Positions 9,504 through 20,017 are shown, numbered from the stretch's first letter. The stretch: 64,000 bases of DNA from an uncultured Planctomycetaceae bacterium (GCA_964620345.1 CAZUHK010000001.1:4544-68543), one strand, 5' to 3'. Numbers and translations are program-made. The notes: generated by a model not told the origin, from the letters alone.

Positions 9504-9621
9504 AGCAGGTTGCAGCGTGGCGTGGCGTCTGTCGGGCGCCACACCTTGTCCCCAAGGGCAAGGTGTGATGCCGTCCGCGCTCCCGCACACCTTGCCGCTA
9601 AAGCGGACAAGGTGTGATGCC
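9503..9621 (+). repeat. palindromic repeat unit (copy 1, 9503-9570) plus a second related hairpin (9586-9617)
   Basis: The 68-nt unit is about 88 percent identical to the reverse complement of 54681-54748. The stem CACACCTTG...CAAGGTGTG occurs twice here, each time followed by ATGCC. Confidence 0.7.
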
Positions 9622-9689
9622 CACGATGGCGGATAGGGAGCCGGGATTGCGAAGCCCGGATGTGCGGCGCCCGCTTCGCCGGTTCGCGG

Positions 9690-12600
9690 TCAGTTCGGTT
9701 CCGACCGGGCCTCGCCGAACACATCGCGCCAGGCCCTGGTCAGGCCGGTGAATTGCTTCACATCGCGATTGGGGTTGTCGAGCGTGCCGGTCACGCGGAT
9801 GGTGACCAGTTGATTGCGCACCGCGTCGACCAGGTCGGTCACCGGCCCCAGGTCCAGGCCGGACGGGTTGGAACTGGTCAGGGTGATGTCGAGCTTCTCG
9901 CTATCCATCACGAGCGAGCCCTCGCCGGCCATTCGCATGTGAGGGGATTCGACCACGATCTGCTCGAACACGATCTTGCCGTCCTTGATGTAGTAGCTCA
10001 CGTCGGCCCGCTCGAAGCGTTTGGTGGTCGGCAGCGACAGGTGGGTGATGTGCAAGAGCCCCAGGGCCAGCGGCAGTTGGTACATGTCGCCCTCGCGGAC
10101 CTGGATCTGCCCGCGGCCGCGGACCTTGCCCGCCTCGCCCCAGCCGCCCTCGACGTTGAACGAGGCGGTGAGGTCGCCGTCCATCTTCGGCGCGTCGGCC
10201 TCGGGGGCTTGGCCGCGATGCAGGAAGGTCTCCAATCGCACGTCGCTCAGCGCCAGGCGGAACGAATACCGCTTGCGGTCGAGCATGATGCTGCCGCTGC
10301 CGGCCACGGCGCCTTCGTACAGCCGGCCGCGCAGGTCGGTGATGTTCAGCAATGGCGAATCGCCCACCGATTGCACCGCGGCGGTCAGGTCGGTGATGGT
10401 GCGGCCGCGGACGCTGAGGCGCTGGGCCTCGATCTTGGCGCGGACGCGCGGGTGCTCGCGCCCGGCGACGGCGGTGATCGCCAGTTTCACCACCGCGTCG
10501 ATGTGCTGCACCGGCACGCCCAGGTCGGCCCTGGCGTTGGCGCTGCGCACCTGGCCGACGATCGACCGCACCGTCTGGCCGTCCTCGGCGCCGGGCGACA
10601 GTCGCACCCGCGTGAAGTCGGCGTCGAACCTGCCGTCGATGCCCAGCGCGTCGATCAGCTCACGCACCGCGCCGGGCAGCGCGCGGCGCAGCTCGTCGGT
10701 GACCTTCTCGCCGCGGGCCTTGATCGCGAGCTCGGCCACGGGCGCCTCGCCGAGCTTCAGGTCGCCGTCGAGCGTGACGCGGCTGCCGCCCAACTCGCCC
10801 TCGATCGCGTCGAAGCGAATCTTGCCCGGCGTGATGACCACTTCGCCCCGGGCGTCCTTGAGGGTGACGCGCTTGTCGTCACGCAGGTAGCTGAACGACT
10901 CGGGCCGCACACGCACGGTGACATCGGCCGGATCATCACCGGTCTGATTGAGCGCGGCGGTCGCGTCGAATCGCCCGCGCGGCCCGAACCGCTCGACCCA
11001 CTTCGGCCAGGCCGGGTCGATCGGCGTGTACGGCCTGGCCAGATCGAGCAGGGGATCGGAGAAGTCCAGCCCCCGGGCGTCGATCGTCAGGTCGAGCCGG
11101 CGGCGCCGCTCGCCCCAACCCGCCTCACCGTCGAGCACGATGCGGCCTTCGCCGCGGTGGCCGGTGACCTTCTCAAACTTCACCTTCTCCAGCGAGACGG
11201 CCACCTGGCCTTCGAGCTTGTCCAGCGCGAACCGCCCCCGGCCGGGCTCGACCTTCGTCTCTTCCAAGTCGATCAGCAGTTGCACGTCCGGCTCGCCGTT
11301 GGCGGGCTCGTGGGTGATCTGACCGGCGAGGTTGATGTAACCCGAGGCGTGCAGGTCGCGCACGAACTGGTCTTGGGGGCGCGGCAGCGCGTCGAGCAGA
11401 ACAGCGTCGATCGGCAGGCGCGCCTTGACCCGCAGGTCGGGCCGCACTTCGACCATCCTCGGTTCTGCGTCGGCCGGGGCATGTCGTGCATCATTGCCCT
11501 CGCGTCCAGGCGGCAGCGCGATGTCGCCTTCCAGCCAGCCCACGCCGCCGTGCAGCCCGCGCCCGCGCACGCCGGTCAAGTGCAGGTTGTTCCGCGCGAT
11601 CGCCAGCTTGCCGCCGGACAACCGCAAGGGATACGGAAAATGCTTGAACACGATGCCCGCCTCGCGGATGTCGATGTCCGCGGCGACCTGCGTGCGTGTC
11701 TCGGTGCCCGGCTCACGGGTGACGTAGACCACCGCGTCGACCCGACCGCCGAGGTCGAACACCGGCGTTTGCAGCGCCGCGCCGAGCTCGGCGATCTGCC
11801 GCTCGATCGCCTCGGCGCCATCGGGGTCGAGCGTCGCGTCGATCTGCTCGAGCCGACGGCGAAGCGCCGACGCCCGCTCTTCGAGCTTGTTGTAACGGTC
11901 GTTGGTCAGGAAGTGACCGGCCTGAGCCATGCGCTCGAACGCCCGCTCGTTGAACAGCAGTTCGAGCGCCGCGCGGTACTTGGGCTTGAGCGCGGCGTAC
12001 AGATGCTCGTCGATCGGCACGTCGGCCGCGGCGATCTGGATGTCCACCGCCGGCGCATCCATGGAAGGGGTGATCACGCCCGCCACCGTCGCCGTGCCCC
12101 CGCCGCTGGTTCGACCGATCAACGAGAGCACGCGGAACTGCTCGGCGTTGAACGAAACCCGGCCGCGGCAATCGCTCAGTTCGTAGGGGAATCGCTCGAA
12201 CCGCACGCGCGCCGATTCGATCACCGCGGTGCCTTCGTAGGCGACCGGCGCCGGCTCGCTGCCCTGGCCGGGCTCGCGCCAGACCTTCATCGTCATCCGC
12301 CGAAGCTCCCCCGAGGGCGTGAGCATGCGGAAGACCTTCTGCACGGGCGTGGGCATGGCATAGATGTCGCGCGGCTCGGTGGGGATATCGAACGGCTCGG
12401 TTTCCAGGCCGATCTCAAACGGCGCGTCGAGCTGATAGCCGCGCAGCGTGCCGGCGACGGTGTAACCCAGGCCTTCGATCTGACCGACCAGCGGCTCGAC
12501 GATGCGGATGCCCGCGGCGTCGAAGCGGATCAACCCGGCGACATCGGTCATGCGATACCGCCGCCCGGCGCCCGGCAGGCGCGGCAGCGTCATCGCCAGT

Positions 12601-13541
12601 TCCGCCACGCGCACCTGCGCCCGCCACCCGTCGGCCTGATCGTAGGCGAAGTTCAGCTCGGGCAGTTGGCCGGCGGGGTCGAGCTCGTCGAGCACCGACC
12701 GCGCCGCGGTCGGCAGCAGGTCGCGGTAGCGGTCGTTGATGCCCAGCCCTTCGACGCGCGCCTGGGCGACGGCCTGGTGGATGTCGATCGCGCCGATGAC
12801 CCGCAAGCCCGCGTCGCGCGGCGCGACGCCGGCCAGTTCCTCCAGACGCAGGTGAAACAGTCCCGGCTGATCGCTATCGACGGTGACCTGGCCGTGCATC
12901 AGCAGCTCGGCCGAGACCTCGAACCGGTCGTTGTGAATCTCCCCGAACCGGTAGCGGGCGCGGTCGAGTTCCACGCGCGGCAACCGGGGCCACTGGGTCA
13001 TGTCGGCCGGCCCGCGCTCGTCGGGGTCCAGGTGCTGAACATTGAAGCGCGGCCGGGGCGCCTCGCCGGTCTCGGGGGTTCGGGGATCGATGATCTCGGC
13101 GAGGGTGAACACCGGCCGGCGCATGGTGATGGCCAGCGGCTGGACGTCCCCGCGCCACAGGTGGGCCGGGTCGCAGGTCATGATGATGTCTTCGGTGCGG
13201 AAGACCTCGGCGCCCTCGCCGGCAAGCTCCGGCGCGCGGACACGGACATCGCTGAGGTGGATCACGCCGCTCAGATCGAGTCGGGCCGAGCCGATGCTCA
13301 CCTCCCCGCCGGTGATCCGCTCCAGTTCGGCGCGGGCCATGTGGGCCACGCGCGTGGGCGAGAGGACGAACCAATACCCGCTGACCAGCAGGAGCAGGAG
13401 AATGATGATGCACGACACACCCGCCCGGCGGCAGCGTCGCCAGAACGTGGCCTTGGAGCAGTTGGTCGGGCGATCCGGCAAGGCGGGCGTTCCCAGGGGG
13501 ATGAGCGAGCCGCGTGCGGAGGCGTCAGGCACGAGCGGCAT
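9690..13541 (-). CDS. very large membrane-anchored AsmA/TamB-like envelope protein (family assignment tentative)
   Basis: 1283 aa counted from the Met at 13541. Single N-terminal TM (CIIILLLLLVSGYWFVL), then long beta-rich repetitive sequence. Confidence 0.55.
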   Translation of the reverse strand: MPLVPDASARGSLIPLGTPALPDRPTNCSKATFWRRCRRAGVSCIIILLLLLVSGYWFVLSPTRVAHMARAELERITGGEVSIGSARLDLSGVIHLSDVRVRAPELAGEGAEVFRTEDIIMTCDPAHLWRGDVQPLAITMRRPVFTLAEIIDPRTPETGEAPRPRFNVQHLDPDERGPADMTQWPRLPRVELDRARYRFGEIHNDRFEVSAELLMHGQVTVDSDQPGLFHLRLEELAGVAPRDAGLRVIGAIDIHQAVAQARVEGLGINDRYRDLLPTAARSVLDELDPAGQLPELNFAYDQADGWRAQVRVAELAMTLPRLPGAGRRYRMTDVAGLIRFDAAGIRIVEPLVGQIEGLGYTVAGTLRGYQLDAPFEIGLETEPFDIPTEPRDIYAMPTPVQKVFRMLTPSGELRRMTMKVWREPGQGSEPAPVAYEGTAVIESARVRFERFPYELSDCRGRVSFNAEQFRVLSLIGRTSGGGTATVAGVITPSMDAPAVDIQIAAADVPIDEHLYAALKPKYRAALELLFNERAFERMAQAGHFLTNDRYNKLEERASALRRRLEQIDATLDPDGAEAIERQIAELGAALQTPVFDLGGRVDAVVYVTREPGTETRTQVAADIDIREAGIVFKHFPYPLRLSGGKLAIARNNLHLTGVRGRGLHGGVGWLEGDIALPPGREGNDARHAPADAEPRMVEVRPDLRVKARLPIDAVLLDALPRPQDQFVRDLHASGYINLAGQITHEPANGEPDVQLLIDLEETKVEPGRGRFALDKLEGQVAVSLEKVKFEKVTGHRGEGRIVLDGEAGWGERRRRLDLTIDARGLDFSDPLLDLARPYTPIDPAWPKWVERFGPRGRFDATAALNQTGDDPADVTVRVRPESFSYLRDDKRVTLKDARGEVVITPGKIRFDAIEGELGGSRVTLDGDLKLGEAPVAELAIKARGEKVTDELRRALPGAVRELIDALGIDGRFDADFTRVRLSPGAEDGQTVRSIVGQVRSANARADLGVPVQHIDAVVKLAITAVAGREHPRVRAKIEAQRLSVRGRTITDLTAAVQSVGDSPLLNITDLRGRLYEGAVAGSGSIMLDRKRYSFRLALSDVRLETFLHRGQAPEADAPKMDGDLTASFNVEGGWGEAGKVRGRGQIQVREGDMYQLPLALGLLHITHLSLPTTKRFERADVSYYIKDGKIVFEQIVVESPHMRMAGEGSLVMDSEKLDITLTSSNPSGLDLGPVTDLVDAVRNQLVTIRVTGTLDNPNRDVKQFTGLTRAWRDVFGEARSEPN

Positions 13542-13654
13542 TGTAGCCGCCGCCGGGGCGCGGCCACAGGCACGCCGCCCCGCGCCCGTCGCGGGCAGTG
13601 CGCATATCGGCAATTCACGGCGCATCAAGCCGCTTTTCCCGAACCTCGGCCGCT

Positions 13655-15232
13655 TCAGGCCGGCTGGAACGTCGCCTCGGCGGGTGTCGCGCCGCCGGCT
13701 CGCGCCACGCCCCGGCCGTTCGCCGCCAGCGCCGTCAGCAGGTGGTACGCCGTCTCAACCGCATCGGCCTCACCCGCGGCTTGGGCGAGCTGCGCCGCGG
13801 TCTGCGCACCATCGGCCACGGCCAGTTGATCGACCAGGGCCCGCTGCAATTCCAGCACGCTCGCCGCGGCCTTCTTGCCCGCTTCGACGCCCGGCTGGTG
13901 ATACGCATTGATATTCACCAGCGACGCGTAGAACCCCACCGCCCGTTCGTACAGCGCGATCAGCACGCCGATGTGATACGCATCAACCCGCGGCACGGTG
14001 ATCGTCATCGACTCGCGCCCGGCCTCGTGCAGCGCGGCGCGCGTGCCCAGGTGCAAACCCCGCAGGTAATCACCGCTGGTCACGCCCGGCTCGACCTCGA
14101 TGCCATCGCCATCCTCCAGCGTCGTGATGAACGTGACGAAAAAGTTGTTCAACCCATCGCGCAACTGCTGCACATAAGCGTGTTGATCGGTCGAGCCCTT
14201 GTTGCCGTACACCGCGATGCCCTGGTGGACCACGTTGCCATCCAGGTCGTGCCGCTTGCCCAGCGATTCCATGACGAGCTGCTGCAGATACCGGCTGAAC
14301 AGCAGCAGGCGATCCTTGTACGGCAGGACGACCATGTCCTTGTCGCCTCGGCCGCGGGTCGCGTGATGCCACATCAGCGCCAGCAGGGCCGCGGGATTGG
14401 CCGGCGTGTCGTGCCGGCGGGTGACTTGATCGCACGCGCGGGCGCCGGCGAGCAGTTGGTCGATGTCGATGCCCTGCAGCGCCGCGGGCAGCAGGCCCAC
14501 CGCGCTGGTCTGGCTGGTGCGCCCGCCGACCCAGTCCCACATGGGCAACCGCGCCAGCCAGCCCTGGGCTTGGGCGATCTGATCGAGCTGGCTGCCCTGG
14601 CCGGTGACGGCCACGGCGTGCTGAGGAAAGTCGAGGTTGGCCGCGTCGTAGGCGGCCTTGGCGGTGAGCATGCCGTTGCGCGTCTCGGGCGTGCCGCCGG
14701 ACTTGGAGATCACCACGCACAGCGTGTTGTCCAGCTCCAGCCCAAGCTCGTCGAGCGTGCGGGCCATGCCATCGGGGTCGGTGTTGTCAAAGAAGTAGGG
14801 CTTGAGTCGGTCTTCACCGGGGTGGCCCAGCGCGTCTGCGACGAACTGCGGGCCCAGGGCGCTGCCGCCGATGCCGATCACCAGCAGGTTCCAGAACCGC
14901 TCGTCGTACTGCGGCTTGATGACCTGGCCGTGCACATCGGCGGCGAACTGTTTCACGCCGGCGATCGCATCGTGGATCGCCGCGGTCAGCTCGGGCTGGG
15001 GCGCGCGCTCGGCGTCGCGCAGCCAGTAATGACCGACCATGCGCCGCTCGTCGGGGTTGGCGATCGCGCCGGCTTCCAGCTCGTCCATCGCGGCGTAGGC
15101 CGCGGCCATCGGCGCGGCCATGCGATCGAACCAGTCGTCGGCGAAGTTCATGCGGCTGATGTCGAGCGTCAGGCCGATCGAATCGGCGACGCACAGCCGG
15201 TCGCAGTAGCGTTGCCAGAGCGAAGCGGTCAT
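13655..15232 (-). CDS. pgi: glucose-6-phosphate isomerase
   Basis: 525 aa starting MTASLWQRY, with PGI-like blocks ([36 protein letters not shown]). ATG confirmed at 15232. Confidence 0.9.
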   Translation of the reverse strand: MTASLWQRYCDRLCVADSIGLTLDISRMNFADDWFDRMAAPMAAAYAAMDELEAGAIANPDERRMVGHYWLRDAERAPQPELTAAIHDAIAGVKQFAADVHGQVIKPQYDERFWNLLVIGIGGSALGPQFVADALGHPGEDRLKPYFFDNTDPDGMARTLDELGLELDNTLCVVISKSGGTPETRNGMLTAKAAYDAANLDFPQHAVAVTGQGSQLDQIAQAQGWLARLPMWDWVGGRTSQTSAVGLLPAALQGIDIDQLLAGARACDQVTRRHDTPANPAALLALMWHHATRGRGDKDMVVLPYKDRLLLFSRYLQQLVMESLGKRHDLDGNVVHQGIAVYGNKGSTDQHAYVQQLRDGLNNFFVTFITTLEDGDGIEVEPGVTSGDYLRGLHLGTRAALHEAGRESMTITVPRVDAYHIGVLIALYERAVGFYASLVNINAYHQPGVEAGKKAAASVLELQRALVDQLAVADGAQTAAQLAQAAGEADAVETAYHLLTALAANGRGVARAGGATPAEATFQPA

Positions 15233-15302
15233 GGATGCGAAACTCCTGGGTGGTCGGGTCGTGCGCGGGTTGGGTATAGTAACCGACCCGCCACCCTCCG
15301 CG

Positions 15303-16307
15303 ATGCCTGCCGTGACCGACCCGACGCTGAAATTCATCCTGTTCGCCGTGATCAGCGCCGCCGGCCTGGCCGGGGGGTACACCGCGCGGCGGCGCGGCTG
15401 GCTGGCCGAGCGGCACAGCCGAATCGTACACCTGATCACGCTGGTCGCGCTGTGGTCGCCGGTGTTCCTGCTGGCGTTCTGGCGGCTGGACCTCGACTTC
15501 GATCTGGTGCTGATCATGCTGCTGCAGCCGGTGTTCATGCTCATCGGCTGGGGCGTGTGCGCGGTGGTCGCACGGCTGATCAATTTCCCCGCCGAACACC
15601 GCGGCGAGCTGATCCTCTGCGCGGCGCTATCCAACCAGGGCATCACGCTCGGCGCCTACCTGTGCTTCGTCCTGCTCAAGCCGGGCCAGGAAGCGATGAA
15701 CTACGCCATCGCCTACGTCACGAGCATGGTCATCTTCATGGTGATCATCTTCTACCCGGTGGCGCACACCTACGAGCGGCGCAAGCGTCACGCCGCCGGG
15801 GGCCAAGCCGGCGCGTTCAGCTTCGCCCGGCTGATGCGCGAGTCGTTCCTCTCGCTGCGCGGCGCGCCGCTGTTCGCCGGGCTGATCGGCACGGCGCTGA
15901 ACACGATGGACGTGCCGGTGCCGCGGGCGATCGACGACAGCCCGCTGGTGAACGCGCTGCTGTACGCCGGATCGTTCGGCGCCTACTTCGGCAACGCGAT
16001 GTCGCTGCGCCTGGGCGATGCGCGCGGCTACCTCAAGCACCACGTCACCCTGGCGATCATCAAGTTCGCCATGGTGCCAGCGATCTTCGCCGGCCTGCTG
16101 CTGGGCGCGCTGCCCGCGGTGGGGCTGGGCCTCTCGGAGTTGCCCACGCAGGTGCTGCTGCTCTCGGCGTTCATGCCCGCGGCCATGAACAGCGTCATCA
16201 TCGCCAACCTCTTCCAACTCGACGCCCGCATGGCCAGCTCGCTGTGGCTGACCAGCACGGCCCTGTTCCTCGTGGGCGTGCTGCCGATCATCCTCTGGGT
16301 GGTCTGA
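15303..16307 (+). CDS. AEC (auxin efflux carrier) family membrane transporter
   Basis: About 10 TM segments. Start set at [11 protein letters not shown]. Confidence 0.65.
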   Translation: MPAVTDPTLKFILFAVISAAGLAGGYTARRRGWLAERHSRIVHLITLVALWSPVFLLAFWRLDLDFDLVLIMLLQPVFMLIGWGVCAVVARLINFPAEHRGELILCAALSNQGITLGAYLCFVLLKPGQEAMNYAIAYVTSMVIFMVIIFYPVAHTYERRKRHAAGGQAGAFSFARLMRESFLSLRGAPLFAGLIGTALNTMDVPVPRAIDDSPLVNALLYAGSFGAYFGNAMSLRLGDARGYLKHHVTLAIIKFAMVPAIFAGLLLGALPAVGLGLSELPTQVLLLSAFMPAAMNSVIIANLFQLDARMASSLWLTSTALFLVGVLPIILWVV

Positions 16308-16312
16308 CGCGG

Positions 16313-17380
16313 CTACGCCTCGAGCGACAGCTTGCCATCGTGCTTCGCGAACGCGGCGATTGCCTTGGCCTCGCTGTGTACGCGGATGTTCAGTTGAGTC
16401 GTGCGGGTCTGGCCGGGCTTGAGGGTTTTCTCGTGCCTGGGCTGTTCGCCGGTGGGGTACGGCGAGCCGGCCATCGGTTCGATGCCGCAGACGTACATGC
16501 CCGGGCAGAAGTTCTGCCAGAGCATGACGCGGGGGATCTGCTTGAGCTTGAAGCTGAGCTCCAGCGCCAGGCCGAGCTTGGGATTGATGATGCCCACGTG
16601 GGCGATGCCCTCGCGGTCGGCGTTGGGCGTGATGATGCCGCCGCGCGAGCCGTGGATGAACGCATCGGTCGGGGCCGGCACGTCCTTCCACCCCTCCAGC
16701 GACCCGGGCACGGCGACTTCCTGCGCCTCGTCCGGCCAGGGCCAGAAACGGCCGGACAACACCAGCTTCGCCCCCTCATCCAGCAGCGGCCAGCCGAGGT
16801 TGCAGTGGTACATCAGCGCATGGGGATTGGGGCGCGGGTCGCGATTGGTCGTGCGGTCGGTGATCGTGATGGCGTTGTGGCCGAGGGTGGAGCGGATCGC
16901 GCGTTCGACGACGACGTTGGGCCCGTAGCCGCGAGTGTCGGCGATGGTCGCGTCGATGCCGATGTCGTGGCGTTGGCGCCACGGGTCGGGCTGGACGGTG
17001 GTGTTGACCTCAGCGGGCGTGTTGGAGTGGTGGCCGTGCAGGCCGGTCGGGCCGGTCTTCTCTTCGCGGTTGTGGCCGATGTACACCGGCCCGCACGTGG
17101 TCATCAGCCCGCCGGGCCAGCCGGTGAGCCAGTCGCTGTCGTGGTGATGCGCGTGGTTGGGCGGCTTGATGCCGTTGGGGGTGAGGTAGGCCAGCGAGCG
17201 CTGATTGAGCGCGGCGTCGACGAGGTCGGCGCCGCGGTCGAGCGCGATGGTGTACCGCAAGCCCCCGCCGGTGTTGACGAAAGCGACGCGGCTGCCGGCC
17301 TCGCGCCCGCGGTCGAGCGTGGCGGTGGTAATCCCGCCGATCTGGCGGACGTTCTCAAAACGATCGGCGGGGATGTTCAT
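16313..17380 (-). CDS. aldose 1-epimerase-like protein (DUF4432 type)
   Basis: 355 aa with His-rich mutarotase-like blocks (HGHHSNTP, MYHCNLGWP). Confidence 0.65.
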   Translation of the reverse strand: MNIPADRFENVRQIGGITTATLDRGREAGSRVAFVNTGGGLRYTIALDRGADLVDAALNQRSLAYLTPNGIKPPNHAHHHDSDWLTGWPGGLMTTCGPVYIGHNREEKTGPTGLHGHHSNTPAEVNTTVQPDPWRQRHDIGIDATIADTRGYGPNVVVERAIRSTLGHNAITITDRTTNRDPRPNPHALMYHCNLGWPLLDEGAKLVLSGRFWPWPDEAQEVAVPGSLEGWKDVPAPTDAFIHGSRGGIITPNADREGIAHVGIINPKLGLALELSFKLKQIPRVMLWQNFCPGMYVCGIEPMAGSPYPTGEQPRHEKTLKPGQTRTTQLNIRVHSEAKAIAAFAKHDGKLSLEA

Positions 17381-17556
17381 CGGCCTGGCTCCGAGGATCG
17401 GTGTTGGCGGCCGATGATACCGCGCCGGGCGATCGGGCAGGCGGGGCCTGGTTCATGTGGCTGACCCCGCATCCATTCCGCACTCAAGTTTGGCAAGCAT
17501 CTGGATGATTGATAGCACAATGATATAACACGCGGCAGACCATCGGAGACCCCGTC

Positions 17557-17784
17557 ATGGCTGACCTGCTGATTCGAAATCTGGACACCGAGACGCTCAA
17601 GCGGCTCAAGCAGCGTGCCAAGCAGTCCGGCCGCTCGCTTCAGAGCGAGACCAAGCGCATCCTGGAACAGGCGGCGGGCCGGACCGTTGATGAAGCCCTG
17701 GAGGTCGCCGCCCGCTGGCGCAAGAAGCTGGGCAAGCGATCCACCGACAGCGCCGAGATGTTGCGTGAGGACCGGGCGCGATGA
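17557..17784 (+). CDS. vapB: RHH antitoxin (FitA/VapB-like)
   Basis: MADLLIRNLDTETLKRLKQRAKQSGRSLQSE. ATGA overlap with the downstream PIN gene. Confidence 0.75.
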   Translation: MADLLIRNLDTETLKRLKQRAKQSGRSLQSETKRILEQAAGRTVDEALEVAARWRKKLGKRSTDSAEMLREDRAR

Positions 17785-18191
17785 GCCGAACCGTCGTCGA
17801 CGCCAGCGTCCTGATCAAGCTCTACATCAACGTGGCCGGATCGCGTCGTGCGACGACGGCGATCAAGAAGGCCCAAGCGTTGTTCGGGCCCGATCTGCTC
17901 TGGCCTGAGGTGGGCAACATCCTCTGGAAATACGTCCGTCGCGATGAGTTGGAAGGTGAGAACGCCGGGGCGATGCTCGCCGACATGATCCAGATGCCGA
18001 TCCAGATCACGGCCACGCGGGATGTCATCACGCAGGCGTTGCAGATCGCCCCGCTAACGGATCGAACGGTGTACGACAGTGTGAACCTGGCGACTGCGGT
18101 GCAGACCAAAGCCGTGTTGCTGACGGCCGACGAGCGGCTGGTCAACGCGCTGGCGCAGACACCGTGGTCGAGATTCGTGCGTGGTCTGTAG
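17781..18191 (+). CDS. vapC: PIN-domain toxin VapC
   Basis: N-terminal VVDASVLIK acidic motif, size 136 aa, coupled to the antitoxin. Confidence 0.8.
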   Translation: MSRTVVDASVLIKLYINVAGSRRATTAIKKAQALFGPDLLWPEVGNILWKYVRRDELEGENAGAMLADMIQMPIQITATRDVITQALQIAPLTDRTVYDSVNLATAVQTKAVLLTADERLVNALAQTPWSRFVRGL

Positions 18192-18501
18192 GCCGGGCAT
18201 CACGCGGCCTCGGGCTTCTTTTTTGGCCGCTGGTCAAGTCCTCTTTGTCAGCGGCTTGCGCTGGCAAAGTCTCGTTGACTTGCAGCCGCTCTGCCTTCTT
18301 GCCGGTGAATTTCTCTCAACGCTGGACGATCACCGGTTGCGTTCGCGGCGCTGCTTATCGCGTCGGACCGATCGCCGGCCGATGTCCAAACGCCTGGCGA
18401 CCGCCGCGACACCCCGGCCTCGATCCACCACCATTGGCCGAAAGTCCTTCGCGTACGCCATGAGTTAGGCCGGCGAGTCATCGTGTGATGCCCGGCCACT
18501 G
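18191..18501 (-). mobile_element. 311-bp IS630/Tc1-mariner-like deletion derivative (MITE-like)
   Basis: Exact 13-bp terminal inverted repeat: GGCCGGGCATCAC (18191-18203) and GTGATGCCCGGCC (18485-18497). TA on both flanks (18189-90, 18502-03). The right end reads TA|CAGTGGCCGGG inward. An internal 43-codon HTH remnant is present. Confidence 0.55.
18330..18461 (-). pseudogene. truncated transposase N-terminus (IS630-like HTH)
   Basis: Hand translation gives MAYAKDFRPMVVDRGRGVAAVARRLDIGRRSVRRDKQRRERNR then stop. It resembles IS630 N-termini (M..AYS.DLR.RVV....G.S...AARRF.VS.SSV). Confidence 0.4.
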
Positions 18502-18503
18502 TA

Positions 18504-18536
18504 GAAAAACACGGCGGCCCGGAGTGGCCGCCGTGT
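18504..18536 (-). terminator. intrinsic terminator of flagellin gene 1
   Basis: Stem CACGGCGGCC (18510-19) pairs with GGCCGCCGTG (18526-35), loop CGGAGT. A U-run follows on the minus strand (AAAAA at 18505-09). Confidence 0.7.
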
Positions 18537-18565
18537 CGTGCTCAGGGTGTGCGCCTCAGCCCGGT

Positions 18566-20017
18566 TTAGCCGAGCAGGGCCAGGACGTTCTGGGGCTGGC
18601 TGTTGGCGATCGCCAGCACGTTGGTCGCGGCGTTGACCAGGATCTGCGAGCGGGTGAGGTTCGCCGTCTCTTCGGCGAAGTCGGTGTCGCGGATCTGGCT
18701 CTCGGCCGCGGAGGTGTTCTCCAGGGCCACGCCCAGCGAGCGGACGGTCGTGGCCAGCGTGTTCTTCTGGAACGCACCGAGCCGGCCCCGCAAGCTCGAC
18801 ACGTCGTCGATCGCATCGCGGATGACCAACTGAGCGTTGTCCACATCACCGTCCTGGACGTTGGCGGCGCCGCCGGACGCCAGGGCGTTGAGGAAGCCGT
18901 TGGCGTTGGAGCCCAGCCGACCGGTGGTGACCGCGTCGATGCTCAACGAGACCTTGCCGGCCAGGTCGATCTTGGGCGAGATGTTGAACGTCGCGCCGCC
19001 ACCGGTGATGTCGAAGGTGGAGTTCGCGCCATCGGTGTTGTTGCCGCTGGCGAGGGTGACTTCCACATCGAGCGAGCCGGAGCTGACGCGAGCGGTCAGG
19101 CCGTCCACCGAGGCCTGCTGGCCGTTGATGGTCACCACCGCGTCGACGCCCGAGTCGGTCACGTCGTTGGTGCCGCCGCCCGGGGGGTTGGCCGTGATCG
19201 CGGTGTCGAAGGCCGCGTCGCCGGCGATCTTCTTGACCGAGCTGAACTGCGAGGAGCCGAACTCGGTCGAGTTGAACTTCACGAAGTCCGTGCTGGTGGT
19301 CGCGCTGATGCCGGTGGCGTCCTTGAAGACGTTGACGGCCGTGGCGATTTCGGCGCCGGTGGTGCCCGAGGCGAAGGTGAACTGCTGGATGCCTTTGTTG
19401 CCGGCGACCTCGATGGTCAGCGAGGTGCCGCTGAGGGTGTTGCCCGTACCGGCCGAGAGGAAGCTCACGGCGGTCTGGGCGCTGGTGACGGTGTCGACGC
19501 TCACGCCGACCGACCCGCCGGTGGGGATCTTGGCCGCATTGACCTTGACTTCATTCAGCTCCGACTGGGTCACACCGCTGGTCGTGAACGCGAAGGTGCC
19601 GTTGAGCAGCTTGACGCCCTGGAAGCTGGTGGAGTTGGCAATCCGGTCGATCGACTGCAGGATCGAGTCGATCTGCAACTGATTCGCTTCCTTTTCCGAA
19701 GCGGTCAGGCCCGCGTCGTTGGCCGAGGTGTCGACCAGCGATTCGAGCTCGGTCAGCAGGCCGCTGATCTCGATCAGGCCGCCTTCGGCGATGTTCACCA
19801 CCTGGTCGGCACGTTCGACGTTGCCGATCGCGGCGGTGATGGCGGCCTTCTCGGCTCGCAGGTTCTCGCTGGCGATCAGTCCGGCCGGGTCATCGGCGCC
19901 GCGGTTGATCCGCAGGCCGGTGCTCAGCCGCTCAAGACTGGTCTTCAGCGTGCTGTTTTGCTGGTTCAGAACGCGCTGGGCCAGCATGGACGGGACGTTG
20001 GTGTTGATTCTGCTCAT
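18566..20017 (-). CDS. fliC: flagellin
   Basis: N-terminus MSRINTNVPSMLAQRVLNQQ...LSTGLRINRGADDPAG and a conserved flagellin C-terminus. Confidence 0.9.
   Translation of the reverse strand: MSRINTNVPSMLAQRVLNQQNSTLKTSLERLSTGLRINRGADDPAGLIASENLRAEKAAITAAIGNVERADQVVNIAEGGLIEISGLLTELESLVDTSANDAGLTASEKEANQLQIDSILQSIDRIANSTSFQGVKLLNGTFAFTTSGVTQSELNEVKVNAAKIPTGGSVGVSVDTVTSAQTAVSFLSAGTGNTLSGTSLTIEVAGNKGIQQFTFASGTTGAEIATAVNVFKDATGISATTSTDFVKFNSTEFGSSQFSSVKKIAGDAAFDTAITANPPGGGTNDVTDSGVDAVVTINGQQASVDGLTARVSSGSLDVEVTLASGNNTDGANSTFDITGGGATFNISPKIDLAGKVSLSIDAVTTGRLGSNANGFLNALASGGAANVQDGDVDNAQLVIRDAIDDVSSLRGRLGAFQKNTLATTVRSLGVALENTSAAESQIRDTDFAEETANLTRSQILVNAATNVLAIANSQPQNVLALLG

Noticed and set aside
9660-17464. 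Very long ORFs antisense to recognised genes, e.g. 9660-13829(+), 13598-17464(+), 4720-6588(-), 36130-38121(-), 40654-42171(-), 7048-8568(+).
   Set aside because: Their translations are Arg/Gly/Ala/Pro-rich, low-complexity and without motifs. They lie opposite ORFs with clear family signatures. This is typical of shadow ORFs in high-GC DNA.
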